From: a bacterium
Lineage (GTDB): Bacteria; Patescibacteriota; Microgenomatia; UBA1406; GWC2-37-13
NCBI GenBank assembly: GCA_030647255.1
Contig: JAUSJK010000048.1
Location: 32,540-96,539 of the forward strand
Direction of reading: 5' to 3'
DNA: 64,000 nt
Shown: piece after piece, positions 1 through 10,469 of the stretch
Layout of the letters: the number at the start of each line of letters is the position of its first letter
How positions within the stretch are numbered: the first letter of the stretch is position 1
The notes under the pieces: generated by a model
Seen by the model: only the letters and a program-made list of their open reading frames with translations
Database searches by the model: none
What the model was told of the DNA's origin: nothing
Program-made: the position numbers and the translations under genes

Positions 1-1
1 C

Positions 2-547
2 ATAGCTAAAAAATTTTGATCTCGTATATTTATTTAGTAATATTATCGTACCTCCACTGATGAGCGTTGCTACAAATGAAGTTATACCATTAATATGATG
101 TAAAGGTAGAGTGATGAAGAAACGATCAGATTCTGATAAAGAAAACCAATCAATAATTCCCTCCGCATTTGCAAAAAGATTATTTAGACTTAATTGTGCT
201 CCTTTAGGGTAGGCAGTTGTACCAGACGTAAATAAAATAAGCTGTATATTGTCATTGCTAACAGCTAATTTATCCAATATATCATTCACGATTTTTTTAT
301 AAGCGGTGGACACATTTACTTCTGCAAGAAGTTCTAACGATATGTTCTCTTTTGATATGGTCTTGTTTGCTTGAGCTTTTCTTATTTTATATTCCTTTAA
401 ATCAGAAGGAGTTTTTGGACTAATAGGAATTACAGTCATTTGTGATATCCAGCAAGCGAGAAAGATTACAATTTGTTCCACACTGTTGGGAAATTCTATA
501 ATTACTGTATCTCGTATTTTACATTTTAATTTATACAGTAGTTTCAT
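2..547 (-). pseudogene. AMP-dependent acyl-CoA synthetase/ligase, 5'-truncated at the IS30 end and running off the window edge
   Basis: Manual translation of the minus strand gives an open frame ...DTVIIEFPNS...LILFTSGTTAYPKGAQLS...LPLHHING... with the ANL-superfamily TSGTTxxPKG loop. The upstream ATG (545-547) lies inside the IS inverted repeat. Confidence 0.75.
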
Positions 548-1605
548 TCAATAATCTAACGCAACAGAGATGGTATGTTTAGAGTATGAATACATATAGT
601 CGGTTGAATATGGAGGAACGGGAAGAAATTAGTCGAATGCTTGCTCAAAGATATTCTTTCGGAGACATTGCGAAAATGTTAGGACGGAGCACAAGTACAA
701 TTAGTCGCGAGATTAGAGCAGGGAGCAGTAATAAGTATACGTATCGTGCAAAGAAAGCACAGGATCGGTCAGTACGAAATAGCAGGAGAAGAAAGGCAGG
801 GAAATATATGTTGGATCAAAATAATGAACTCAGAGGGTATATGTATAAAAAGTTAAGACTCAAGTGGTCACCAACACAGATTGCAGAACTGCTGAAAAAG
901 TATTATCCTACGGACAATACTATGCGAGTATCACCTGAGACAATTTACACATATCTGTACGTTTTACCCAGAGGGACACTAAAAAAAGAACTACTTGCAT
1001 GTTTGAGACAGAATCGGAAACATCGACACAAACAACGAAGAGGTGTAACCGCAACACGAGATATTGAAGATATGTTAAGTATTGAAGAGCGACCACAGGA
1101 AGTTGCTGATAGGTCTATTCCTGGTCATTGGGAGGGAGATTTGATTGTAGGGAGAAATAACCGTTCAGCGCTTGGAACGTTGGTTGAACGTACAACTCGG
1201 ACTACTATACTTATCCCTGTAAAAAGTAAAGGTTCGGCAGATGTAGCGAAAGCTTTTGCAAAGGAGGTGAGAAAATTACCAGTGCAGATGAAATTGACGA
1301 TGACATATGACCAAGGACGTGAAATGGCATAGCATAAATTATTCACGAAGATTACGGGAGTGAAGGTATATTTTGCTCATCCAAGAAGTCCATGGGAACG
1401 AGGGACGAACGAGAACACGAATGGATTGATCCGACAATATTTTCCAAGAGGAACGGACTTTACTAAAGTTTCACGACGTGAAGTAAAAAAAGTACAAGAT
1501 CAACTCAATGGACGACCAAGAAAAACACTCGAGTTCAAAACACCTTATGAAGTTTTTGAAGACTTAATTAACAGTTAACGTTGTTGCGTTAGAAACTTGA
1601 ATCCA
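543..1605 (+). mobile_element. IS30-family insertion sequence
   Basis: Imperfect 24-bp terminal inverted repeats at 543-566 (ttcattcaataatctaacgcaaca) and 1582-1605 (tgttgcgttagaaacttgaatcca), 19/24 matching, flank an IS30 transposase. Confidence 0.88.
586..1578 (+). pseudogene. IS30 transposase with one in-frame TAG at 1330-1332
   Basis: HTH, GHWEGDLIVG, YDQGREMA*HKLF and PWERGTNENTNGLIRQYFP motifs. ORFs 586-1332 and 1360-1578 are in the same frame. Confidence 0.9.
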
Positions 1606-1636
1606 AGATGTCTATTTATTGGAAATACTATATACT

Positions 1637-2245
1637 ATGTTGACTCACATTTATTTGATTCGTCACGGGAAGGTTTTTAATCCCACTAATGTTTTTTATG
1701 GGAGAAAACCACGAATGTATTTATCAGAGGAAGGAAGGAGAGGAATAGAAAAAACTGCAAACTTCTTAAAAGAGAGAAGTATCTGTTCTATTTATACGAG
1801 TCCGCTCCTTAGAGCGAGACAAACTGGAACGATAATTCAAACCAAACTATCAACAAAAACTACTAAACATATATCAAAAGCGCTCATAGATATTAAAACT
1901 TCACTAGAAGGGAAACCCTTTTCTTACATTCAATCAATAAGAGCCGATTTTTATTCACCACAATTTAGAGACGTAAATGACGAAACAATAGAACAAATAA
2001 AAAATAGAATTTTTGCGAGTATCAAAGAAATAGCAAAAAAAAATGAAGGAAAAGAAGTGGTTGTTATCTCTCATGGAGATCCCATCATGATAGCGAAAGC
2101 CTATATAGAAAACAAGCCATTGACTTTAGATTCTATTAGACCAGGTAAGGATATGTATGTTCAATACGGAGAAATACAAGATATAATAATAAGTTCAACA
2201 GGGACATTTACAATTAATAAGATTTTTTCACCGAAGCATGATTAA
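1637..2245 (+). CDS. Histidine phosphatase (phosphoglycerate mutase family)
   Basis: LIRHG, SPLLRARQT and VISHGD motifs. Confidence 0.85.
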   Translation: MLTHIYLIRHGKVFNPTNVFYGRKPRMYLSEEGRRGIEKTANFLKERSICSIYTSPLLRARQTGTIIQTKLSTKTTKHISKALIDIKTSLEGKPFSYIQSIRADFYSPQFRDVNDETIEQIKNRIFASIKEIAKKNEGKEVVVISHGDPIMIAKAYIENKPLTLDSIRPGKDMYVQYGEIQDIIISSTGTFTINKIFSPKHD

Positions 2246-2688
2246 TAGTTTTGGAGGTCTTTGAGGATTTCTTCAGGATGGATAGACGGGTCTACTTTTT
2301 CATACTTTTTAAAGATATTACCTTTGGGGTCAATGAGTACAGTGGTACGAAGTACTCCATCAAACGATTTGCCCATGAAAGATTTCGTGCCCCACGCTCC
2401 ATAGGCTTTTATGGTTTCTTTGCTTTCATCACTTAATAATGTAAAAGTGAGTTTATATTTATCAGCGAATTTTTTATGTGAGGCGACATTATCTTTAGAT
2501 ACTCCCAAAATGACCGCATTTCTTTCTTCAAATTCCTTATGTAAATCTCTAAAGCCGCATGATTCTTTTGTACATCCCGGAGTATCATCTTTCGGATAAA
2601 AATAAAGCACTACCCATCGGCCTTTATATTCATCCAACGTGTGAACTTTACCATTTTGATCAGACATTGAAAAGCTAGGTGCCTGCAT
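2242..2688 (-). CDS. bcp: Peroxiredoxin Q (BCP)
   Basis: YFYPKDDTPGCTKESC motif. Confidence 0.92.
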   Translation of the reverse strand: MQAPSFSMSDQNGKVHTLDEYKGRWVVLYFYPKDDTPGCTKESCGFRDLHKEFEERNAVILGVSKDNVASHKKFADKYKLTFTLLSDESKETIKAYGAWGTKSFMGKSFDGVLRTTVLIDPKGNIFKKYEKVDPSIHPEEILKDLQNY

Positions 2689-2706
2689 ATGCTATAATGT
2701 TAGCAC

Positions 2707-3600
2707 ATGAACAAATTAAAGACGTGGTGGTTTGTATTCTGCAATAGTCTTCTCAGTCCATCGTATTATAAGAGTATTTTATCCTCTAAATTTTCATTTT
2801 CTTTGAAGTATCTTGTAGTACTGATGTTTTTTGTGTACCTAACTACTGCAGCTAAAGTGGGATTAGTCGGATATAGATTGCTTCCACAAGTTCCACTGTT
2901 CGCCAATAAGCTTACTTCTACATTGCAAACTGCCTATCCTCAAGAACTTGTGGTCACTATAAAAAATGGACAGCTGTCAACGAATGTAAAAGAGCCTTAC
3001 GTGTGGGACTGGCCATATCAATTCGATGAAAAAGAGAAAAAACCAGATATGCATTTTCTGACCATAGATACTCACGCATCTTTAGACGATTATCCAACGT
3101 ATACTACTTATATCCTCGTTACCAAAAATAACATCATATATCCGAGTAGTTCAAACGAAGGGAGAAGCGGAGAGTATAGAGTATATTCACTTTCCCAAAT
3201 TAAAGATTCAGTGACATTTGACAGAACTACCTATGACGCAGTTCTTCAAAAATTGAGTCCGTTCATTCAAAAACTACCTACGATCGTAGCAATTTTTATT
3301 GTAGCGGGAATTTTTTTTGTCATGATATTTGGAACGCTATTTGGATTGATCTGGAACATGATATACCTTCTTTTTATGACAGTTGTGATTTTGATCATCG
3401 CAAAAATTATGAATAAAAACCTTTCATACAGTCAGTTGTATCAGTTTGGTATGTACGGCCTTACTCTTCCTATATTAGTGTCAGTTCTGGTATCATTATC
3501 AGGCCTTCATATACCTTTTATATTTACGTTAGTCTTTATCATCTGGATGAGTGTAGTTGTGAATAAACTCCAAGTAGTCACAAAAAATAATTTGGTGTAG
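2707..3600 (+). CDS. Membrane protein (DUF1189-like)
   Basis: N-terminal TM helix, soluble domain, C-terminal TM bundle. Confidence 0.55.
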   Translation: MNKLKTWWFVFCNSLLSPSYYKSILSSKFSFSLKYLVVLMFFVYLTTAAKVGLVGYRLLPQVPLFANKLTSTLQTAYPQELVVTIKNGQLSTNVKEPYVWDWPYQFDEKEKKPDMHFLTIDTHASLDDYPTYTTYILVTKNNIIYPSSSNEGRSGEYRVYSLSQIKDSVTFDRTTYDAVLQKLSPFIQKLPTIVAIFIVAGIFFVMIFGTLFGLIWNMIYLLFMTVVILIIAKIMNKNLSYSQLYQFGMYGLTLPILVSVLVSLSGLHIPFIFTLVFIIWMSVVVNKLQVVTKNNLV

Positions 3601-3609
3601 AATACATAT

Positions 3610-5970
3610 GTGGCAAAAAATATTCCTACGGTTTTTGTCGTTTTCGGGGCAACTGGAGATCTCATGTCCAAGAAAATAATTCCTGCATTGTTTCATCTCT
3701 ACGAAAAAAATAAACTTCCTTTGATGTTCAGACTGATTGGATTTGCGAGAAGACCCCTCACTCAAGAACAATTCCAGCGCTATTGTAAAGATATGCTTCG
3801 ATCTCACGGTGAAGAAGATATGAAAAAAGTAGATGAATTTTTAAGATCATGTCTTTACCAACAAGGGAATTTTACACATAAAGACGATTATGTAAAGTTG
3901 GCAACCGTGATGGGAAGGATAGACGGAGAATGGAAAGTATGTTCCAACAAACTTTTTTATCTGGCAGTTCCTCCTCACTATTATTCCGGAATATTTAACC
4001 ATCTGGCGTCATCGGGACTTACACTTCCCTGCGGGCCCGACGAAGGATGGACCCGGGTTCTTGTAGAAAAGCCATTTGGGAAGGATTTGGAGACTGCTGA
4101 AGATCTGGACTTACTTCTGGCAAAACTGTTTAAAGAAGAACAGATCTATAGGATCGATCATTATCTCGCCAAAGAAATGCTACAAAATATTCTTCTTTTC
4201 CGATTTTCAAATAATCTTTTGGAACCGAGCTGGAACAACAAATTTATAGAAAAAATAGAAATAAAACTGCATGAAAAAATTGGCGTTGAGTCACGGGGAG
4301 TATTCTATGACGGACTGGGAACTTTAAGAGACGTAGGACAAAATCATTTACTTCAGATGCTGGCTCTTATCACTATGGAAGCTCCGATGAAATTCGATTC
4401 CGAGTCTGTCCGCCCTTCCAGAGCAACCGTTCTTCACACACTTCAAAAAATGTCGAATGAAGAAGTAAAAAAATATACGTTCAGAGCTCAATATAAAGAA
4501 TACACACGAATCAAAGGTGTACTTCCGCAATCAACGACAGAAACATATTTCAAACTTAAAACCTATTTGAATCACCCCCGATGGGAAGGAGTGCCCATAT
4601 TCATGGAAAGCGGGAAACGTCTAAAAAAACAAGTAAAAGAAATTACCGTTACATTCAAACACGTTCTTCCGTGTGAATGTTTAACAGATGAGATGCATAC
4701 GTATAGAAATAAGGTTATTTTTCAGTTGGAACCACATGAAAGAATCCAGGTGGGATTTATTTCCAAAAAGCCCGGTCTTGATCTGCAGGTTCAGGAAACA
4801 ATGTTAGGCTTTAATTATCGTTCAAAAAAGAAACGACGGCAATACGTTGAAGAATACGAAAAATTACTTCTCGATTGCATAGTGGGAAACCAGCTTTTAT
4901 TTTTGAGTACGGATGAGGTAAAGGCGATGTGGAGATTTACAGATCCTATTTCTTCTGTCTGGAATAAAAACAATGTGTCTCTTCACGTTTATAAGCCGGA
5001 TTCGAATTCATTTATAAAAAAGGCTGAATATATATATGATGCAAATAAAACAGGGATACTTACTGCAAAAGAGGTGGTAATCGTCGGTCTTGGAAAAATG
5101 GGTGGTAATATAGCGAGACAGCTTATCCGTAAGGGATGGAATATCTACGGGTACAACAGGACGAAGGAAGATACTCAGGAGTTGGAGAAAGTCGGCCTCA
5201 AAGGAATATATGAAATTACGGATATTAAAGAAAAAATTACCAATCCAAGAATAATATGGATGATGGTGCCGGCGGGACCAGTATTTGACGAGCTTGTATT
5301 TGGAAAAAAAGGATTGGTTGAGGTACTGGACAAAGGAGATATTGTGGTAGATGCGGGTAACTCCTTTTATAAAGACTCGATAAGAAGAGGAAAACTTTTG
5401 TCTCAAAAAGGGATCAGGTTTTTGGATATCGGAGTTTCGGGTGGTCCGATGGGAGCTCTCAACGGAGCGAGTCTTATGGTAGGCGGAACAAAAGATCTAT
5501 ATGAATATCTGAAACCTTTGTTGACAGATATCGCGGTGCCCGAAGGAGTTCAGTTTTTTGAGGGTGTCGGTGCCGGACATTTTATCAAAATGATACACAA
5601 CGGGATAGAGTACGGTATGATGCAGGCTATCGCCGAAGGATTTGCCATTCTGAAAAAATCACATTACTCACTGGATTTGAAAAATATATCTCATGTCTAT
5701 AATCATGGGAGCGTTGTCGAGTCAAAATTGATGAGCTGGTTAATAACTGCATTTGAGATATATTCGGATGAGTTAAAAAATGTTTCCGGATCAGTGGCGC
5801 ATACGGGAGAAGGAAAGTGGACGGTCGAAACGGCTGAAGAACTGGGAGTAAAAGTGAAAATTATCGAGGAATCATTTAAATTTAGGGTAGCTTCAGAGAA
5901 AAATCCTTCATATACTGGCAAGATTCTTTCTGCTCTTCGCAATCAGTTTGGAGGACACAGCATAAAGTAA
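3610..5970 (+). CDS. zwf-gnd: Fused glucose-6-phosphate dehydrogenase / 6-phosphogluconate dehydrogenase (decarboxylating, short YqeC-type)
   Basis: N-terminal half has GATGDL, EKPFG, RIDHYLAKE and DVGQNH. C-terminal half from about nt 5070 has GLGKMG, DAGNS, GVSGG, HFIKMIHNGIEYG and LRNQFGGH. Confidence 0.92.
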   Translation: MAKNIPTVFVVFGATGDLMSKKIIPALFHLYEKNKLPLMFRLIGFARRPLTQEQFQRYCKDMLRSHGEEDMKKVDEFLRSCLYQQGNFTHKDDYVKLATVMGRIDGEWKVCSNKLFYLAVPPHYYSGIFNHLASSGLTLPCGPDEGWTRVLVEKPFGKDLETAEDLDLLLAKLFKEEQIYRIDHYLAKEMLQNILLFRFSNNLLEPSWNNKFIEKIEIKLHEKIGVESRGVFYDGLGTLRDVGQNHLLQMLALITMEAPMKFDSESVRPSRATVLHTLQKMSNEEVKKYTFRAQYKEYTRIKGVLPQSTTETYFKLKTYLNHPRWEGVPIFMESGKRLKKQVKEITVTFKHVLPCECLTDEMHTYRNKVIFQLEPHERIQVGFISKKPGLDLQVQETMLGFNYRSKKKRRQYVEEYEKLLLDCIVGNQLLFLSTDEVKAMWRFTDPISSVWNKNNVSLHVYKPDSNSFIKKAEYIYDANKTGILTAKEVVIVGLGKMGGNIARQLIRKGWNIYGYNRTKEDTQELEKVGLKGIYEITDIKEKITNPRIIWMMVPAGPVFDELVFGKKGLVEVLDKGDIVVDAGNSFYKDSIRRGKLLSQKGIRFLDIGVSGGPMGALNGASLMVGGTKDLYEYLKPLLTDIAVPEGVQFFEGVGAGHFIKMIHNGIEYGMMQAIAEGFAILKKSHYSLDLKNISHVYNHGSVVESKLMSWLITAFEIYSDELKNVSGSVAHTGEGKWTVETAEELGVKVKIIEESFKFRVASEKNPSYTGKILSALRNQFGGHSIK

Positions 5971-6001
5971 CAGATTGAACATGTAACTTGTAACATTCTC
6001 T

Positions 6002-6104
6002 GTCATCCTGGTAAGTCCTTCGGCGTTGCTCAGGACGCATCCAGGATCGTTGTCAACGAGTTAACTACGATTCTGGAGTCGTCGTGCCTCCTTCCCAGAA
6101 TGAC
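6002..6104. repeat. Composite GTCAT...ATGAC (CGTC-tagged REP-like) palindromic element, copy A
   Basis: GTCATCCTGG..CCAGGATCG..CGATTCTGG..CCAGAATGAC, homologous to five other copies in the window. Confidence 0.85.
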
Positions 6105-6151
6105 GACGTGCCTACTAACTTTTTAATACCAAATACAAAATACTTGGTTTA

Positions 6152-6772
6152 TTACTTATATCCTGGGGGTAGATTTTGCGGAGTATACTGGCCGGGGACG
6201 TAGTTAGGGTTGATTTGAGGATTCGCGTAGGGATTGATCTGCGGATTAGCATAGGGATTGATATTCGGGTTTGCCATAGGATTGAAATTTGGATTTGCCA
6301 TCGGGTTAAAATTCGGATTTGACATAGGATTCGTATACTGCTTCGGCTGTTGGTTGAGCTGTTGTTGTATGAATTGTTGCTGAATCTGTTGCTGTTGCTG
6401 AATGTACTGTTGTTGGGCCTGTTGTTGTAGTTGTTGAACCTGTTGTTGCTGTTGTATTTGAGCCATGCATCCTGGGAGAAAGGACATGTACTGACATTGA
6501 AATGGAAGTATAGGAGGAGTGATGGATAGGATAATATATTTAAGATTATTTGTATTATTATTTGAGTTGGCTGTCGATGGAGCACTTTGGCCTGTTTGAG
6601 TTGTTCCACCTACACCTTGAGTAGAAGGTACTTGAATTGTCTGAGAAGGTTGAGCTGTCGGTTGATTTTGTTTTTGTTGAATATATTTTGCCGTACCAGA
6701 TATTCCCAGAGCTCCGACGACGGCGATAATGAGAATAACAATGGGTGCAAATCCTTGTGAATATACTTTCAT
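6152..6772 (-). CDS. Surface protein with a pilin-like N-terminus, Q-rich tract and NP(M/Y)ANP repeats
   Basis: [16 protein letters not shown] resembles a class III signal. TATAAT lies 6 nt upstream of the ATG at 6772. Confidence 0.7.
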   Translation of the reverse strand: MKVYSQGFAPIVILIIAVVGALGISGTAKYIQQKQNQPTAQPSQTIQVPSTQGVGGTTQTGQSAPSTANSNNNTNNLKYIILSITPPILPFQCQYMSFLPGCMAQIQQQQQVQQLQQQAQQQYIQQQQQIQQQFIQQQLNQQPKQYTNPMSNPNFNPMANPNFNPMANPNINPYANPQINPYANPQINPNYVPGQYTPQNLPPGYK

Positions 6773-6795
6773 ATAAACATTATACCAGATTGTAT

Positions 6796-7356
6796 TTATC
6801 TGCAATTTTTCCACAAGCCTTTTTCGTTGATTATAGCCTCGTTTTGGGCTTTTCTAAAAATGCTGGCGTATTCTACGTCGGGTGGAAATGTCGCCATATG
6901 TGCAAATCCTTCTTTTACCAAGTATTCATTTAAAAACATACCTTCGGGAGATGCATCTGTCGGAACATATATATATCTCAGCAATCTTCCATATCTATCT
7001 GTTTCAGAGATATCTTTTTTAAGCGTGATTTCTTTTCCTTTGACGAGCTTTTCATTTTCATCTTTTGCTTCTTTGCCAAAGCACTGAACAGGTTTTAGAG
7101 GATGGTGAAGTTCAGGTGTATCGATACCTATGTATCGTACCCGTTGTCCATTTTCGAGTTCTATAGTATCGCCATCAACAACAAATTTGACTCTGGCTGA
7201 ACTTGTTGCATGGGGCTGATTGATAGTTGTGATCGGCGGAGGGGTGGAAGATATAGTGAGTGTATTCAAACTGAGTGGAATATTGGAAAAGCGAAGAAGA
7301 TAGCCTACGACTATACTTATAGCAAGAAGAAATAATTTTTTCTTATATCTTTTCAT
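6796..7356 (-). CDS. Thermonuclease (SNase-like), exported
   Basis: [16 protein letters not shown] and DRYGRLLRY motifs; hydrophobic N-terminus. Confidence 0.9.
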   Translation of the reverse strand: MKRYKKKLFLLAISIVVGYLLRFSNIPLSLNTLTISSTPPPITTINQPHATSSARVKFVVDGDTIELENGQRVRYIGIDTPELHHPLKPVQCFGKEAKDENEKLVKGKEITLKKDISETDRYGRLLRYIYVPTDASPEGMFLNEYLVKEGFAHMATFPPDVEYASIFRKAQNEAIINEKGLWKNCR

Positions 7357-7534
7357 ATACCTATTCTACATAAAATTGAGTCACTTCCGAAAGACACAAG
7401 AATCAATATCTTTCTTTCCTCTAAAACGACCGCTCATATCGAGATGAAGCGACTTGTCTGAAAATGTTAGGGATATGATTATGTTTAATATTATTTATAT
7501 CTCTTCACGGACTAGTATGCTAAATGCAACTATT

Positions 7535-7765
7535 ATGAGTAAAGTCAGTTTTGGAGAATCAGAAACTATAGAGTTTAAAGAATCTTTGAGTGAGCTTCCA
7601 GAAGGAGCAGAAACCTTATGTGGATTTGAAAATCAAAACGGCGGAGTATTGTATTTTGGGATTAAAAATAATCATGAAGTGATGGGGATTCCTAATATTA
7701 CGGAGAAAACTATAAGAGATTTATCACAACATATTTATGATAATCTAGAGCCACAAAATAATTAA
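7535..7765 (+). pseudogene. Truncated Schlafen/AlbA_2-domain protein
   Basis: ESETIEFKES...CGFENQNGGVLYFGI; stops after about 76 aa. Confidence 0.7.
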
Positions 7766-7985
7766 CGTAATAAAAAAATCCCTCTACCCGTGGTGGCCCA
7801 AGTACTATTGAAAAATTCATGACCTTATCCGATTTTCCTGTCGAAGAGTCATCCAAATATGCAGCCATATATACCTTTGGCAAACCTCAAATGTTAGATC
7901 GTACCCAAGAAGATATCCTCCACTACGACGAACACCTCGTAGTCGATACTCTAGATGGGATTTAATTAGCTTTTTATTCGTTAGC

Positions 7986-8777
7986 CTACCTGCTTGTTAG
8001 AAGTATATACTCGGCGATATTTGCCGCTATTAAACTAGATAATCCTGCAAAGATTAGGTCATTAAGAGTATGTAATACGGCGATAGTAAGTATATTATTT
8101 TTATATTCATAATAGATTGACAATATAGAACAAAATATCATCATATAAAGAAAATTTAGAATGGATAATGGATGAACAAGCGAAAATATTATTCCTGAAA
8201 CAACAATAGATATTGCCTTCGTGTATCGTCCTCTTAATACTCTATAGATTCCACCACGAAAAAAGATTTCCTCCCAAAATCCTGTTGTGGAAGTAATAAA
8301 TATGGCAAGTAACAATACAGAAATCAAGTTTGGAAAAGTTGACTCTTCTGCAGTAGAAAATTCTTCAAGTGTAGTTTGAATTAATTCAGGGTTCATAATC
8401 ATAGTAGCAAAAGAAAACAATATAGATAGAGAAAAAAGAAACAGTCCAAGTATTCCTATGTGGAAGATAACGGTTCTTATAGGTAGTGATGTGAGTTGTT
8501 GCTTAAGTATATTCTGCTTAAATAACAAACGGATTGAGAGTACTAAAGCGACTATGTTTGCTGCAGGAAAAATATACACAAGTAATCCATAATGTTGTTC
8601 ATAGTTTATATTTGGTGTTAATAAACTCACGATTACCATTCCAATGCTCAAGATCAAAACAAAGGAAAAATAGATGATACATGTTTTCCAAATTAGCTGT
8701 CGAATACTGATAGGAGTGATTGACTGGAAAAAGAGTTTTGATTGATCTTTTCCAAAAAGAAACTGAAAAATTTTCAT
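7986..8777 (-). CDS. CPBP family intramembrane protease (CAAX/Abi)
   Basis: WEEIFFRG, FSLVH and HTLND motifs. Start moved to ATG 8777 to avoid overlapping the tRNA. Confidence 0.88.
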   Translation of the reverse strand: MKIFQFLFGKDQSKLFFQSITPISIRQLIWKTCIIYFSFVLILSIGMVIVSLLTPNINYEQHYGLLVYIFPAANIVALVLSIRLLFKQNILKQQLTSLPIRTVIFHIGILGLFLFSLSILFSFATMIMNPELIQTTLEEFSTAEESTFPNLISVLLLAIFITSTTGFWEEIFFRGGIYRVLRGRYTKAISIVVSGIIFSLVHPLSILNFLYMMIFCSILSIYYEYKNNILTIAVLHTLNDLIFAGLSSLIAANIAEYILLTSR

Positions 8778-8798
8778 TAAAGGAAAAATTATTAGAAA

Positions 8799-8875
8799 TG
8801 GTCGGGGCGGCGAGACTTGAACTCGCGACCTCACGCTCCCAAAGCGTGCATTCTAGCCATCTGAACTACGCCCCG
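8799..8875 (-). tRNA. tRNA-Pro(TGG)
   Basis: Reverse complement CGGGGCGTAG...CACGC-TTTGGGA-GCGTG...GTTCAAGTC...CGCCCCGACCA folds as a cloverleaf with encoded CCA. Confidence 0.95.
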
Positions 8876-8935
8876 TATCTTAGCATATTGTACCATGCAG
8901 AGCCTTCTTAAGACATGTAGAAAATAATGTAAATT

Positions 8936-9814
8936 TCATGCGTTTTCCCAAATAGAGAAAATACTGTTGGGAAGAGAGAGGCTAGTGGAGGAGGGGGTCA
9001 CAAGTTCTCCGTTTACAATAGTTCCTTTATATCTCTTCATTGTTTGAGTTAAAAGATTACCTAAGGTGATAGAAGAGTACGACACAGCGTACGCGTTTAG
9101 AATAATAAAAAGAGGAGCGTTTGACAAAAGTTGGGGAAGAAGTTTCATAAGATGCGACAGGTCTTCTTCTATTTTCCAGACTTCATTTTTATTTCCCCGT
9201 CCGAACTTGGGCGGGTCCATGATGATCGCGTCATATTTGTTGTCCCTCTTGATTTCGCGTTTGACAAACGTAATAGCGTCTTCTGGTATCCAGCGTATGG
9301 GTTTCTGATCTAAACCAGAGGCGATGGCGTTTTCCCTGGCCCACGTGAGTATTTCTTTGGCAGAATCAAGATGAGTTACTTTGGCTCCGGCAGAGGCCGC
9401 GGCAAGCGTACTTCCTCCTGTATACGCAAATAGATTGAGTAGGTTTATTTCGCGTTTTTGTGTAGTAATTTTTTTGATAATCCAGTCCCACAAGGCAGAC
9501 TGTTCAGGAAAGATTCCCAGATGTTTGAATCCCGTTGGTTTGAGAATAAACGAAAGGTTTTGCCATTTCACAGTCCAAGAGTCAGGTATCTTTTGTCTAA
9601 ATATCCACTTTCCGCCGCCTGTGTCGCTTCTTTCATAGACAGCCTGAGCTTTATTCCAAAAGTCTTGAGAAAGTGTTTTATCCCAGATAGCTTTTGGATC
9701 GGGACGTATAAGAGTATATGTTCCAAAACGTTCCAGTTTTTCTCCATCGCCTGAGTCTAGAAGTTCATACTCTTTCCAAGCAGTGGATTCGAATATGTGT
9801 GTCTGAGGTTTCAT
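8936..9814 (-). CDS. Class I SAM-dependent methyltransferase (RlmI/RlmK-related)
   Basis: GIFPEQ, LNLFAYTGG and DPPKFG motifs. Confidence 0.85.
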   Translation of the reverse strand: MKPQTHIFESTAWKEYELLDSGDGEKLERFGTYTLIRPDPKAIWDKTLSQDFWNKAQAVYERSDTGGGKWIFRQKIPDSWTVKWQNLSFILKPTGFKHLGIFPEQSALWDWIIKKITTQKREINLLNLFAYTGGSTLAAASAGAKVTHLDSAKEILTWARENAIASGLDQKPIRWIPEDAITFVKREIKRDNKYDAIIMDPPKFGRGNKNEVWKIEEDLSHLMKLLPQLLSNAPLFIILNAYAVSYSSITLGNLLTQTMKRYKGTIVNGELVTPSSTSLSLPNSIFSIWENA

Positions 9815-9878
9815 AAAGCTTGAGAGTTAGTTTATCATATCGGCACGAAGGGATAAAGTGATGGTACAATGGATGAAT

Positions 9879-10346
9879 ATGATAACGTGTCGGTTTGAAG
9901 ATGGAGACAAAGCTTCTCTTCGGCATGTCGTCGTAGACAATCTGGTTATAGACAACAATAAGATCCTTCTTGTTAAAAGAGCGTCACATATGACGAATCC
10001 AAATAAATATGGTTTAGTTGGAGGGTATGTCAATAGAGACGAAACACTGAAGGAAGCGGTCATTAGGGAAATAAAAGAAGAAACGGGGTATCTTGTCAAA
10101 ATAGAGTTATTTTTTCGAATCAAAGATAGTCCGCATAGAGCCCAAGAGGATAGGCAGAATATTAGTTTCGTCTTCACAACTTCCGTAGTAAAAAAAGTGG
10201 GTGTTCCCGATACAGAATCGAGCGAAGTTACATGGTTTGAACTGGATAAGCTACCTAAGCCTGAGGAATTTGCCTTCGATCATTATGAAGATGTAGAACT
10301 TTATAAGAAATATCTCCAAAAACCTTTTCCTCTTCCAGTATGGTAA
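9879..10346 (+). CDS. NUDIX hydrolase
   Basis: Nudix box GGYVNRDETLKEAVIREIKEETG; AFDH. Confidence 0.9.
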   Translation: MITCRFEDGDKASLRHVVVDNLVIDNNKILLVKRASHMTNPNKYGLVGGYVNRDETLKEAVIREIKEETGYLVKIELFFRIKDSPHRAQEDRQNISFVFTTSVVKKVGVPDTESSEVTWFELDKLPKPEEFAFDHYEDVELYKKYLQKPFPLPVW

Positions 10347-10351
10347 TGTGC

Positions 10352-10447
10352 GTCATTCTGGTGAGGAATAGTTCGACAGGCTCACTATGACGACGCCAGA
10401 ATCGTAGTTAATGTAGTTGACAACGATCCTGGACAAGCCAGGATGAC
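10352..10447. repeat. Composite CGTC-tagged palindromic element, copy B
   Basis: GTCATTCTGG..CCAGAATCG..CGATCCTGGACAAGCCAGGATGAC. Confidence 0.85.
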
Positions 10448-10469
10448 GGTAAACTGTTAGAATAAATGA

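Noticed and set aside
1330..1332. Stop-codon reassignment or readthrough suggested by the in-frame TAG in the transposase
   Set aside because: TAG, TGA and TAA all terminate conserved genes at the expected positions (for example pgk and hsdM with TAG, fbp with TGA). A single CAG>TAG change is the simpler explanation.
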